Assembly (NCBI RefSeq): GCF_001194135.2
Contig: NC_068985.1
Coordinates: 93,411,686-93,444,222, forward strand
DNA from: Octopus bimaculoides
Lineage: Eukaryota
Direction: 5' to 3'
Length of the DNA stretch: 32,537 nt
This document shows, piece after piece, positions 12,431 through 22,739 of this stretch. The position numbers and the translations under genes are program-made. Below the pieces are notes generated by a model that did not search any database, was not told the DNA's origin, and saw only the letters and a program-made list of their open reading frames with translations. The stretch's first letter is position 1; each line of letters begins with the position of its first letter.

Positions 12431-12627
12431 AATATTAACGTACACTCGTGGTTTGTATCCTTATACAATAGTCAAACGATCGTTTCCAAATCTATTTCTA
12501 CCAAAACTATCTTTGTAAGGATTTGAACAAATCTATGTAAGACAATTTGGAAAATAAAAATTTCAATTGCTATCATATCGAAATGAACAAATTTGTTTGA
12601 AAACAGTCCTGGATATGACACTCAGTC

Positions 12628-12885
12628 AATTACGACGACGGATGTTCCAGTTGATCCGATCAACGGAACGTGTACTCTTAACATAGTTCTCACGAAGATT
12701 TAGGGTGATACGGTATGTGAGTAGACTGGTCCTTTGAAATACACGTAAAACTCATTCTTGTCGGCTGAATGAACTGGAGCAACGTGAAATAAAGTCTCTT
12801 ATTCAGTGACACAATGAGATGCCAAGTATCGAAATCACTACCTTGCGATCGTCAGCCGAACACTCCTAGCAACTAAGCCACGCAC
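12628..12885 (-). mobile_element. SINE family C, diverged and internally shortened
   Basis: ttacgacgacg..ccagttgatccgatcaacgga ... gagcaacgtgaaataaagt ... aactaagccacgc is the reverse complement of 4214-4516. Confidence 0.75.
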
Positions 12886-13904
12886 ATTCAACAACTAGAT
12901 ATACAATTCTGGTAATCAATATAACAATCCATACTGGATTTTAATGTTTGCAGGTTAATTAGTTTGCTGATTTTAAAAAGCAAGAATTAGCTTTCAAAAA
13001 GAATTAAATCCTTATTCATATTTGTTTAAAGTTAACTTTTATTCAACATCGACAGGAAATTATTCTCCGTGTAAATTCCAACTCTGTCTAATAGACTTTA
13101 ATGGAAACATGTTTAGTCTAATTAGAGTAGATATACTTCTGGCAAACACAGTCTTTGTAAATTCACTTAAATTCCCAGAAGCATTTATTTGAAATCATTG
13201 ATAATTTAAGCAGTATCATTACTCTTCATCACTAACCCTGCGCTCTGGCATTGCCGTTTCCTCTCATGTCTTCGTCTTTTGCTGCCAAACTATACTTTAC
13301 ATTACAATACTCACATCAAAACCCACAAGTCATTCTATCACTTTGCAACACCTGACTTTGTAACTATCACACATTAGTCTTTGATTGAAGTATTGTTTGC
13401 ATGTTATAAATGTTGTCATTTCTACAATTCCAAGAATATTTGTAAAGATAGAATCGGCTGAACTTTCAACTTTATACCTTGACACTCAGATTATGTTCCT
13501 TCATGCTGTTTATCTTAAATATTTCATCTTATGTGTTTGATCACATCTCTGCCCCTTCTCCTTTTCCATGACGCCACAGTATGCATGCAAGCTTCTAATA
13601 ACTCTACATTATAAACCAAAGTTAATTCACACCAAGTTCACCCATTCATAATACTGCGTTCGAATGCAACGAAGAGCAAAAATCTCCGTGATTGAAGGAA
13701 TATATGAAATCTATTTTACTAGATTATATCAGTGACAGAAGCTTTACATAACATTTCACATAGAAATGCTGCGTTAAAAGTTACTGCATTAATCTATCTC
13801 AACATTCATTAACCATTTTTCAAAGACATATCTTGAACATATTTCATTTTTGCCTTTCTTCTCATAACTTCAAATATTTTCTCCATCTTTATGTTTTATC
13901 CTTC

Positions 13905-14093
13905 ACTGGTTTCAGTCATTAGACTACGGCCATTCTAGGAGCACAGCCTTGGTCAAACGAATCGACACAAGTACGCAGATTTTTAAGAGTCTTAAATATT
14001 CTGCTAGACTCTCTCGCCGAACTGCTAAGTTACGGAAACGTAAACACACCAACACCAGTTGTTAAAAGGTGGGGAGGAACAAAGACAAACACA

Positions 14094-14137
<44 letters not shown>

Positions 14138-14306
14138 TGTGTGTGTGCGCGCGTGTGTGTATGTGGGCTTCTTTCAATTTCCGTCTACCAAATCCATGTA
14201 CAAGGCTTTGCTCGAGCCGAGGCTATCGTAGAAGGTGCTCAGCAGTAGGACTGAACCGGAGACCATGTGGTTGGGAAGCAAGATTCTGACCACACAGCCA
14301 CGCCAC
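13905..14306 (-). mobile_element. SINE family A, near full length with internal (TG)n
   Basis: tttcagtcatt..ctacggccat...ttccgtctaccaaatcc..caaggcttt...accatgtggttgg...ccacacagccacgcc. Confidence 0.85.
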
Positions 14307-14316
14307 GGTTGCGTCT

Positions 14317-14342
14317 ACGCACGCGCGCGCGCGCACACACAC

Positions 14343-14375
<33 letters not shown>

Positions 14376-14420
14376 CACATACGCACACATACAAGCGCGC
14401 ACACACACATACATGCACAT
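14317..14420. repeat. (CG)n(CA)n microsatellite
   Basis: Direct read. Confidence 0.85.
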
Positions 14421-14527
14421 ATATGTATGTGATTGTGTGCGCACATGCGTATGAGGCTGTAGTGTGCGGATGAGTGTGTATATATGAGCGTAAAAAAAAA
14501 CGAATAGTGAAATATAGAAATATCTAA

Positions 14528-14529
14528 TT

Positions 14530-14569
<40 letters not shown>

Positions 14570-14572
14570 CCA
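14528..14572. repeat. (ATC)n microsatellite
   Basis: Direct read; source of the poly-Met ORF on the minus strand. Confidence 0.95.
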
Positions 14573-14706
14573 CCTCCCAGTGCAGTGCCAATGAGGATGG
14601 TAGTGTTCATTTTCCCAGATGGTAAAGGGATAAATGAGACTGCACTAATATGCATTTCCTCCTATCGATCTTCAATAATATTGTCTGCGAGATGCAGCAT
14701 CCCTGA

Positions 14707-14863
14707 GGTCCGACTTCACTAGAACGACTTTGATGAATTCTTTCTCTCTGCAGTCCATCTTCCGCTCGCAGTAGTTTTCTTTCACTTATAACATCTCTTC
14801 ATACAATACATGTCCATAACAACGGATGATAAAATAGGGAGCGACTTCCAAGAAATAGCAGCC
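14707..14863 (+). repeat. Direct repeat, copy 1 (~160 bp)
   Basis: Aligns with 16025-16184 with scattered substitutions and small indels. Confidence 0.9.
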
Positions 14864-15384
14864 AAATTTCTCTCAATTAACTCTTGATTGTCTTAATAAA
14901 AGGAAGCACCCGTTGGATAATGTGGCCTTGGATACATTAAGCCACAATTTGATGGGTTAATCCTCACGGTCAAATGATATCTGGTTACCTTTCTACTAAA
15001 GCAGAAATAACAACCAACCTAGCAAAACCAATTCACTTCTTGTCAATGCGTAGGTTTGCCTACTCTGGAGCTCCACATTGCATACATTGGTCAAATTAGT
15101 GTTTAATTACTTCCCTACAGTCTTTAAAAGAACGTAGTGGACGTTGTAAACATATTAACGAGGGTGGAACGGTTTTCATTTAATGACTTAGCCAATTAGA
15201 TCTGGTCTCAGGCTAAAACAATTACAATCTCTTGTTTGTCACTTACCGAAGAAACCATGTTACAACGATATTTTACACTCTAGAGAACCAACCGAATCTC
15301 CCTCGAGTCATGCGCTGACGTTTTAAAAAGGAAACAGCACATGAGATAATTCAAACCAAGAGGTTTTATGTTTAAGAAAATGTA

Positions 15385-15606
15385 AGAAATAATCTTTTCT
15401 ACTCTAGGCACAAGGCCAGAGATTTTGAGGGAGGGAGCCAGTCGATTAGATCGACCCCAGTACACAACTGGTACTTAATTTATCGACCCCGAAAGAATGA
15501 AAGGCAAAGTCGACCTCGGCGGAATTTGAACTCAGAACTTGACGGCAGACGAAATACCACTAAGCATTTCGTCCGGCATGCTAACGTTTCTGCCAGCTCA
15601 CCGCCT
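15385..15606 (-). mobile_element. tRNA-derived SINE family B (Meta-domain-like), tandem copy 1
   Basis: ctggtacttaatttatcgaccccgaaagaatgaaaggc is the reverse complement of a MetaSINE-type central motif; B-box-like GTTCAAATTCC on the minus strand. Confidence 0.85.
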
Positions 15607-15616
15607 TTAAAAAAGT

Positions 15617-15838
15617 AGAAATAATCTTTTCTACACTAGGCACAAGGCCCGATATTTTAGGGGAGGGAGCCAGTCGGTTAGATCAACACACGTACGCAAC
15701 TGGTACTTAATTTATCGACCCCGAAAAGATGAAAGGCAAAGTCGACCTCGGCGGAATTTGAACTCAAAAGGTAGCAGCAGACGAAATACCGCTAAGAATT
15801 TCGCCCGGCGTGCTAACGTTTCTGCCAGCTCGCCGCCT
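15617..15838 (-). mobile_element. SINE family B, tandem copy 2
   Basis: Same layout as 15385-15606, about 10 bp away, with many substitutions. Confidence 0.85.
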
Positions 15839-16024
15839 AAATGAAAGAAATAGTCGTGGCCAGAATGGCATTGATTATAAATTGATTATAAGTCTGTTCT
15901 GTCTCATTAACCAAGACCAAAAAATAGCAACAAAAACAGTCATTAGACACGCTTCTAACTTTCCTTTGTTTCATAGTGAAAAAGAAACATTTTGATTCCA
16001 ACTAGACCAGTTCTTCTTAAGGTG

Positions 16025-16184
16025 GGTCCGACTTCATTAATCTGAGAACGACTTTGATGAATTCTTTCTCTCTGCCGTCCATCTTCTGCTCGCAGTAGTT
16101 TTCTTTCACTTATATCATCTCTTCATACAATATATGTCCATAACAACGGATCAAATAGGGAGCGATTTCCAAGAAATAAAAGCC
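16025..16184 (+). repeat. Direct repeat, copy 2 (~160 bp)
   Basis: Aligns with 14707-14863. Confidence 0.9.
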
Positions 16185-16710
16185 CCTTAAGATTGTCTTG
16201 AAATTTATGTGTAATAAATTCCTTGTACTTCTACCATACACAAAATATTTAAATTATTCATACAATCCGTAAAAATATTCAATCATAAAAATCCGTTGAT
16301 ATTTCTTTTATATAAAAAGCGAATGGCTATGGAGGTCCAGTGGAGTAAAACAGGAATCAGAGAGATCTGTCTGCAAAAAATGGTTGAAAACCACTGAACT
16401 AAACGAACTTTCCTCGTCCATTTCCTACTGTGGCTATTATACGTTCATTGTAAGAATCAACGAAGCCATTATTAGGTCACATAATGTAGAGAAGCTACCT
16501 TCTACTTGTAACAAATTATTTATGTGGTAGTAAATAACATATAGAAGGAAAACACAAAAAAAAGAACAGTGTCCGGGGAAAAGTGTGGTGATTTCTGCTG
16601 TCAGAAATTATACAAAGAAGTTTGTTAGTTTGAATAAATTTGTATTCCTTGTGGAATGAAAAAGAATCTGATCTTTCAGAACAAGGTCATTCTGCGTTTG
16701 TGTATGTGAC

Positions 16711-16723
16711 AGAGAGAGAGAGA

Positions 16724-16762
<39 letters not shown>

Positions 16763-16774
16763 AAGAGAGAGAGA
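16711..16774. repeat. (AG)n microsatellite
   Basis: Direct read. Confidence 0.9.
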
Positions 16775-17472
16775 TAATGACATACAGAGGCGAGGAAAAA
16801 GAGACGAAAATATGTTTCTCTTGCGCGTAAAGGGATAATTTCTTGACATCAAATTCCCCGTGCCTTTATTTGGCATATAAACTGAAGAGTATTTGAGATT
16901 CACTTTATGTATATTTCACTATTAGCTACTGTGTATCAAGTACATTTAATAGGTTTTATTTTAGTCAACGTAACACAGATATTAACACAGATATCCCTGC
17001 ACCGTTTGTCAAAACATTGTTTGTTCTTACCATACAATAGTGCTTTATTACTGCCTACAAAAGAAGCAATCCTCCTTCAGAATTGTTTATCGAATGCTGA
17101 ACTACTTCTTAATTCTTCAGGAATTTAGATATTTTGATTCTACAGCCATCTTTGCTATTTCAGTAGCTTCTCCGCAGATACCACAATGAGAATCGAACAA
17201 TCAGTTTTCAATCTTGACAAGTACAGTTTTTTATGATACCGAAGCGATTTTAAACCTTGTTCTAAACAACATGTGATAATTTATGGATAGAACATGCACA
17301 GAGAAATTATAGAGTGAAAACGGATGGAGGTTTATGTTTTAAATCTTATATGTGGGCGAACAGCAGTAGGTTTGAAGACAGAGCCCTAGTGAACATCTAT
17401 TGTCCCTGTAAATATTTTGAAAACAAACACTCCTCTAAGCAATATTTAGATATCTTTACAATAACATTCATA

Positions 17473-17680
17473 TACGAGGGGTGCTGAAAAGTTCCTGGCT
17501 TAGGGCAAAAGAAAATATAGGAGGAACAGTTAATTATGATTTTATTCAACATATTGCCCTCAGATTTACACAATTATTGCAGCGGCCCTTCAGTTTTTCT
17601 GAGCTCTGTAAAAGAACTTGGAAGGTTGGATCTCCAACCAGGCCTTTTGCGACATCCTTAAAGCCACGGACATTTCGTAC
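17473..17680 (+). mobile_element. Mariner/Tc1-type DNA transposon end (single TIR)
   Basis: TA followed by CGAGGGGTGCTGAAAAGTTCCTGGCTT, a mariner-like TIR start. No partner TIR was seen and the right boundary is approximate. Confidence 0.65.
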
Positions 17681-17868
17681 ACCAGACATAATAAGCAAGC
17701 ATTAGACTATAGTTTTTAATTTCTTTTTCCTGTTCCTAAACAGTTTTGAATAATATTTTAACAAAATGCAAGGTAAATTCTTTTAATGAAATATATAAAA
17801 AGCTTTAACGAACTTCTAAATGGCCGAAGGATTGAAATAATCTACCAATAAAACTGTAATATATCAAG

Positions 17869-17870
<2 letters not shown>

Positions 17871-17904
<34 letters not shown>

Positions 17905-17935
17905 GAGGGAGAGAGAGAGAGAAAGAAGAAGAGAA
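17871..17935. repeat. (TA)n(GA)n microsatellite
   Basis: Direct read. Confidence 0.9.
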
Positions 17936-18489
17936 AATATATTTTCGTGCTAACATTTAGAAATGAATTCTTTTCTAAAATGCAATAAGTCCAGAGGAGA
18001 CGTTAGTATGTTTTCACAAGTCTCCATAAACTAAATCTTCCAGAATATGGGTTGGCAAATTCGACAGTATTTTAAAACTGACATTAGCTTGCTTCAACTT
18101 TCTCTTTCCAGATGTGCTGTGTGCAGTTAATTATTCTAGGAAGCATGAAGATATGAGCTGCGAAGAGTCTTACTAGTGCTGTTTCATGATATCAATCATG
18201 TAATAATAAATTAAATCTCCATGTGGATCCTCGGAGGAAATGGAATGCATCTAATCTGATACTTGCTAGTGTTATTAATATTATCATTAGTAGCTGAATA
18301 CCTGACGGCACTTTTATTATTGAGGTATGCTCATCTCAGCAAAGTAATAAACTGATGGTGACGAGCTGTTGGGAACTATTCATGAAAATATATTCCCAAA
18401 CAATCACCTCCACTCAAGAATTCGACAATCATACGTATATTACCGTCAACAATTCACGGCTTTATTGATAAAATATCAATATTTATTCT

Positions 18490-18735
18490 TTTTATTGGCT
18501 CGTGCTGATTGTCAAGTAACACTTCAAGCAACAAATGCTTATAAGCAATTGCCATATAACAGCCAGCTCTCTTAACTCTTACATGGCAACTCCATATTCG
18601 TTCTTATATGAATACGGAAATACAATCTCACATTGGTTTCGTTCATACGTTAGCAAAGTATTTGCAGCAAGCTCTCAGTTTACGCTGTTTAAATCGGACA
18701 TAATCGGAACATCGTTTCATCACGAGCCAATAAAA
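18490..18735. mobile_element. MITE-like segment bounded by 19-bp inverted repeats
   Basis: ttttattggctcgtgctga (18490-18508) versus tcatcacgagccaataaaa (18717-18735): 18/19 complementary. No clear target-site duplication. Confidence 0.45.
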
Positions 18736-18750
18736 GCTTATTCTCCAACA

Positions 18751-18956
18751 AGCTAGCAGTATTGTTAGCACGCCGGGCAGAATGCTTAGCAGTATTTCGT
18801 CTGTCTTTACGTTCTTAGTTCAAACTCCACCGAGGCCGACTTCACTTTTCATCCATTCGGGGTTGATAAATTAAGTACCAGTGAAGCACTAGGATCGATG
18901 TAATCGACTAGGGATCCTTCCCCATATTTCGGGCCTTGTGACTTTAGCAGAAGGGA

Positions 18957-18957
<1 letters not shown>
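18751..18957 (+). mobile_element. SINE family B
   Basis: gttagcacgccgggc...gttcaaactccaccgaggccgacttcacttttcatccattcggggttgataaattaagtaccag, running into (TAT)n. Confidence 0.85.

Positions 18958-18997
<40 letters not shown>
18958..18997. repeat. (TAT)n/(TAA)n microsatellite
   Basis: Direct read. Confidence 0.95.
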
Positions 18998-19536
18998 GAG
19001 TGAGAGAGTACATGCCATCAAAGTAACACTGGAGTAAAATATACAAAGCCCAATTTACCCGTCTGATAAGGGTCCACCAGGCACATGCATCACAACCGTA
19101 TGTGTGCGACATGGTGATCTCATATCAAGATAAACAGTGCATGACCTTGAAGGTTGAGTCCACTTCGAATTGTCTTCAGGTCGAGTAGTCCATCCCACTC
19201 AAAAGGTCCCTGAATAAGGGTTGTTTAATGATGATGAACGAAGCAGCCATGTTTACACTGGTGAATTACTCAAACACGAAAGAGTTCCTCTCAACATATG
19301 GCTATGATGCTCCCTCACTACTTCTGCTCAGGATCAGAGATGCACATATCGTCAGCCACCAAGGGACATGCTCAAATGGTTAAGGTCAAACAACTGACAA
19401 GCAAATATGTGGTATTAAGCAGAATATTTGTTGTAGCCCATCTTCTATACTAAGACAAAACATGTAGATGATAACAGCTTCAATCAGTTAAGATAAAAAG
19501 CCATGAGAGCCACTTCCTGGTACTACATCCGGGCAT
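18998..19536 (-). mobile_element. ~540-bp non-coding interspersed element between TAA arrays (putative non-autonomous retroelement)
   Basis: Sharp junctions with (TAT)n on both sides, GC-richer than the flanks, no long ORF. Strand and class are inferred. Confidence 0.55.
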
Positions 19537-19549
19537 TTATTATTATTGC

Positions 19550-19634
<85 letters not shown>
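19537..19634. repeat. (TAT)n/(TAA)n microsatellite, tail or target of the minus-strand Dong LINE
   Basis: Direct read; abuts the LINE 3' UTR. Confidence 0.95.
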
Positions 19635-20660
19635 TTCACATACAAACAACTGATTAGACTGTTGGAAAAGAAGATATCTTAATATCGGGCTACAACAAGT
19701 AACCTTAGATGCCAAGAACCTTTCTAAGTATCCTAGCTGTCCCTAATAACACTGTTTTCTGGAGCTGTATTAAACTGGGTTTTATGCCTATTTCCTCTAT
19801 CCACCTGTTCAGATCTTTGGGATATTTCCCAATGCACCTATAAATACTAGGATACATTTTGCCCGCACTTCTCACGGTCACTGTAATTCAATGGTTGGGT
19901 CCTTGATTTGGATAACCGACATTTAGAATCTACTTGGTCTTTGTGTAACTTGGCTTTTATCCAATTAGTTCTTAATGCTTGATCTTGTGCAGCTACTAAC
20001 AAATTCTACGTCTCCCTTTACAGTTTTCCTTTCTGCAAACAGCCATGTCTCACTAGTATTTGCTGCAGCTGTCTTTGAGAATCTACCATGCTACACCTTC
20101 TCCTGCAGTCAGATAATTTCTGTTATTTTTTCTGGTTTTTAACTTCGTTTGGATTTTTGGCTTCCATAAGCATAATCTTACTACTCCTGTCCTTGGGTGG
20201 AGTCCTCCGTTCATATTGAATTCCTTCCTAGTTCTTCTGTCTAGCTTCGTTAATTCAGTTTTTGTCCAATCTACAAAAGCTGCTGAGTATCTAAATAATG
20301 ACACTGCCTAAGTACTTACAGTCTCCCCTTGATTCGGACCACTTAGCTTTGACTTCATTAGCTTACTCACCCTTCTGATGTACTCCTCAATTTTCGTTTT
20401 CGTTTCTGTAGTTAGTACTGTCAGATTCTAATACTATAAGATACTTATAACTCTCTCCTTCTTTCAAAAGTTTTAATATGTGGCCATCTGGTAATTGGAT
20501 GCCTTCACTCTAGACTACCTGTCCCCTTGTCATGACCAATATTACACACTTGTCTATGCCAAATTCTATGCTTGTACCTTTGCTGAAGAGTCTTACACTC
20601 TGTATTAAGAAATCTTTCGCTTTTTCATTCTTACAGAAAAGCTTCAGATCATCCTTGTTA
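19635..20660 (-). mobile_element. R4/Dong-clade non-LTR retrotransposon copy A, 5'-truncated with internal deletions
   Basis: Minus strand: DDLKLF..EFGIDKC..ESYKYL..EYIRRVSKLMKSKL..LFRYSAAFVDWTKTELTKLDRRTRK..GGLHPR..HGRF..AAQDQALRTNWIKAK..KCRL..IGALG..LQKTVLLGTARILRKVLGI*, then a short 3' UTR and (AAT)n. Confidence 0.9.
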
Positions 20661-21866
20661 TACTCAGTAACAAGACAGGCAAGGAAATATCTAAGTGAAT
20701 TCTAAATACAGCTAATCCCAGAATGATACGTGCTGGAAACAAATACAGAGAAAATTAAGCGTATGAAAACCCGTGCTAAAACTGCTGCTTTAGATATTCT
20801 TAGAGATAAATTGTAAGAAAAACTTCTCAATGGCAAATACTAAAAAAGAGCTGATAATGCTAATGTTGAGAAAGCCCTTACCCATCAATAGCTTAAAATC
20901 AGAGACAGAAGGCTTTATCATAGTAGCCCAGGATCAATACCTACCTACAAGAAGCTACCAGGCCAATATCAAGAACGGCAGTAGCGCAACATGTCGCGTA
21001 CGAAAACAACAGAATAAAAGCATCGATCAATATGATCGATGTTTTTATTCTGTTGTTTCCGTACGCGACATGTGCGTCTAAAGAGTATCTCAACAGGCAT
21101 GATAGAGCGGCACTGGGTAATTTGTAAAAACCTGGACATGTCTCATAATAAAAATTGGTGAGAACACAAACCACCTCCAGTGCTTGGAAATGATCACATC
21201 TCAATCCTTTAGAACTTTACTGCTCAAACTGACGAAAAAGATAGATTCAAATAGGCCAGACATTATATTGGAGGGTTTCAGGCACAAATCATGCTTCCTC
21301 ATCGATATGACTACCCCAATCGGCATAAATGTGTCGGTCAAGATCTTCCAAAAACTGAACAAATGTAAACATCTTGAAATAGAAATTGGTAACATGTGTA
21401 ACCTCAAGACTGGAACAATACCTGTTGTCATAGGCTCCTAAGGGATAATAGCAAAAATGGACTGATTGTTCCCTACCTCACATACCAGGAAATCCAAAGT
21501 GGAAGAAATGAAAGCAATAGGACTCATGGGAATTGATCATATCTTAAGAAAAAAAATTGTTTATGTAAATTCAAAAAAAACATTTTAATCTGTGAACATG
21601 ATCAAAAATTCTTTTAAATGTACATAACTAACACCTTTTACTGTCATCTTAAGATCACACTATCGTCTTAAAATCAAATTACTTTTAAAAGAAACTTGTC
21701 ATTTTCTTATGTTTCGACAGACATTCTCTACAACAATACTTTGTGCAAAACCGAAAATATGGCACCCTAGTCATAGCACCAAATTGAACTTCTAACTTGT
21801 TGTCTCTTGAGGTCTCCCGGTGAGACTTAGAGACAACTTTTAAAAATACAAAGCCAAGACTAAAAG

Positions 21867-21868
<2 letters not shown>
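20659..21868 (+). mobile_element. R4/Dong-clade non-LTR retrotransposon copy B, 5'-truncated, different subfamily
   Basis: YSVTRQARKYL..LKSETEGFIIVAQDQYLPTRSYQANI..TCRV..EYLNRHDR..IDSNRPDII..CFLIDMT..KLNKCKHLEIEI..TIPVVIG..MGIDHILRK (restriction-like endonuclease PD..D..K), with stops and frameshifts, then a ~300-bp 3' UTR. Confidence 0.9.
20989..21073. repeat. 85-bp near-perfect palindrome (41-bp arms, 3-nt loop)
   Basis: Arm 20989-21029 versus the reverse complement of 21033-21073: 39/41 identical. Confidence 0.95.

Positions 21869-21900
<32 letters not shown>
21869..21900. repeat. (TAA)n tail or target of Dong copy B
   Basis: Direct read. Confidence 0.95.
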
Positions 21901-21902
<2 letters not shown>

Positions 21903-22225
21903 ATAGCCTCGGGCCGACCAAAGCCTTGTGAATGGATTTGGTAGGTGGAAACTGGAAGAATCCCGTCGTATATGTATATGTATATATATATATGTATGCA
22001 TGTATGTATGTGTAATATATATTTGTGTATCTGTGTTTGTCCCCCTAACATCGCTTGACAACCGATGCTGGTGCCCTTACGTCCTTGTAACTTAGTGTTT
22101 CGGCAAAAGAGACCGATTCAATAAGTAACTAGGCTTACAAAGAATAAGCTCTGGAGTCGATTTGCTCGACTAAAGGCGGTGCTTCAGCATGGCCGCAGTC
22201 AAATGATCGAAGCAAGTAAAAGAAT
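21901..22225 (+). mobile_element. SINE family A, lacking its tRNA head
   Basis: Starts at ctatagcctcgggccgaccaaagcc directly after (TAA)n and ends aaggcggtgcttcagcatggccgcagtcaaatga..aagtaaaaga. Confidence 0.9.
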
Positions 22226-22391
22226 ATATAAGCGCATACACGCGCACACCTACACACATACATAGACACAATGAAGAATCAGATGTAAACCCATCTTTGC
22301 TTTCTCTCTATAATGTACAAGCGTTCTCTTCATAATCATCATCATCATACAGCTTTAAGTAACTGAAGGATTACAAGGAATCACTTCTCAG

Positions 22392-22524
22392 AAACCGACA
22401 AACCTGTGGTTGATAAGCTAACCAAGAGTTTATTAAAGATTCTGATCACAGACAAGGCATTGATAGCAACCAGATCAATCATTGCGCAGTGTATCTTCGA
22501 CTTGAAGACTTTTTTCATCCATGG
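22392..22524 (+). CDS. Tentative internal exon of an unidentified gene
   Basis: Acceptor tcacttctcag, donor G|GTAACC, open frame xTDKPVVDKLTKSLLKILITDKALIATRSIIAQCIFDLKTFFIHG. No homology recognised. Confidence 0.2.
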
Positions 22525-22739
22525 GTAACCTTCAACTGACAACCCATTTTTGATTATAAATCTCCTTTCAGATCAGAGTGGACTAAAACAAAGCCGAAAA
22601 TAAATTGATAACAATAAGACATACGAAGAGGAAAAAAGAAACAAGGAAAAGGAAAAAAAAAAGAGAAAGAATAAAATAGAAATAAAATAGAAATAAATTA
22701 AAGATATAGCAATAAAGAAATATAAGAATGTAAAGCAAA

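Noticed and set aside
16960-17200. Minus-strand coding-like run (SHCGICGEATEIAKMAVESKYL / PEELRSSSAFDKQF*RRIASF) with an ATG|GTAAGA donor
   Set aside because: Needs a frameshift and a stop, and no family was recognised. Worth only a tBLASTx.
19488-19715. Poly-Asn ORF
   Set aside because: Translation of the (AAT)n array and the LINE 3' UTR.
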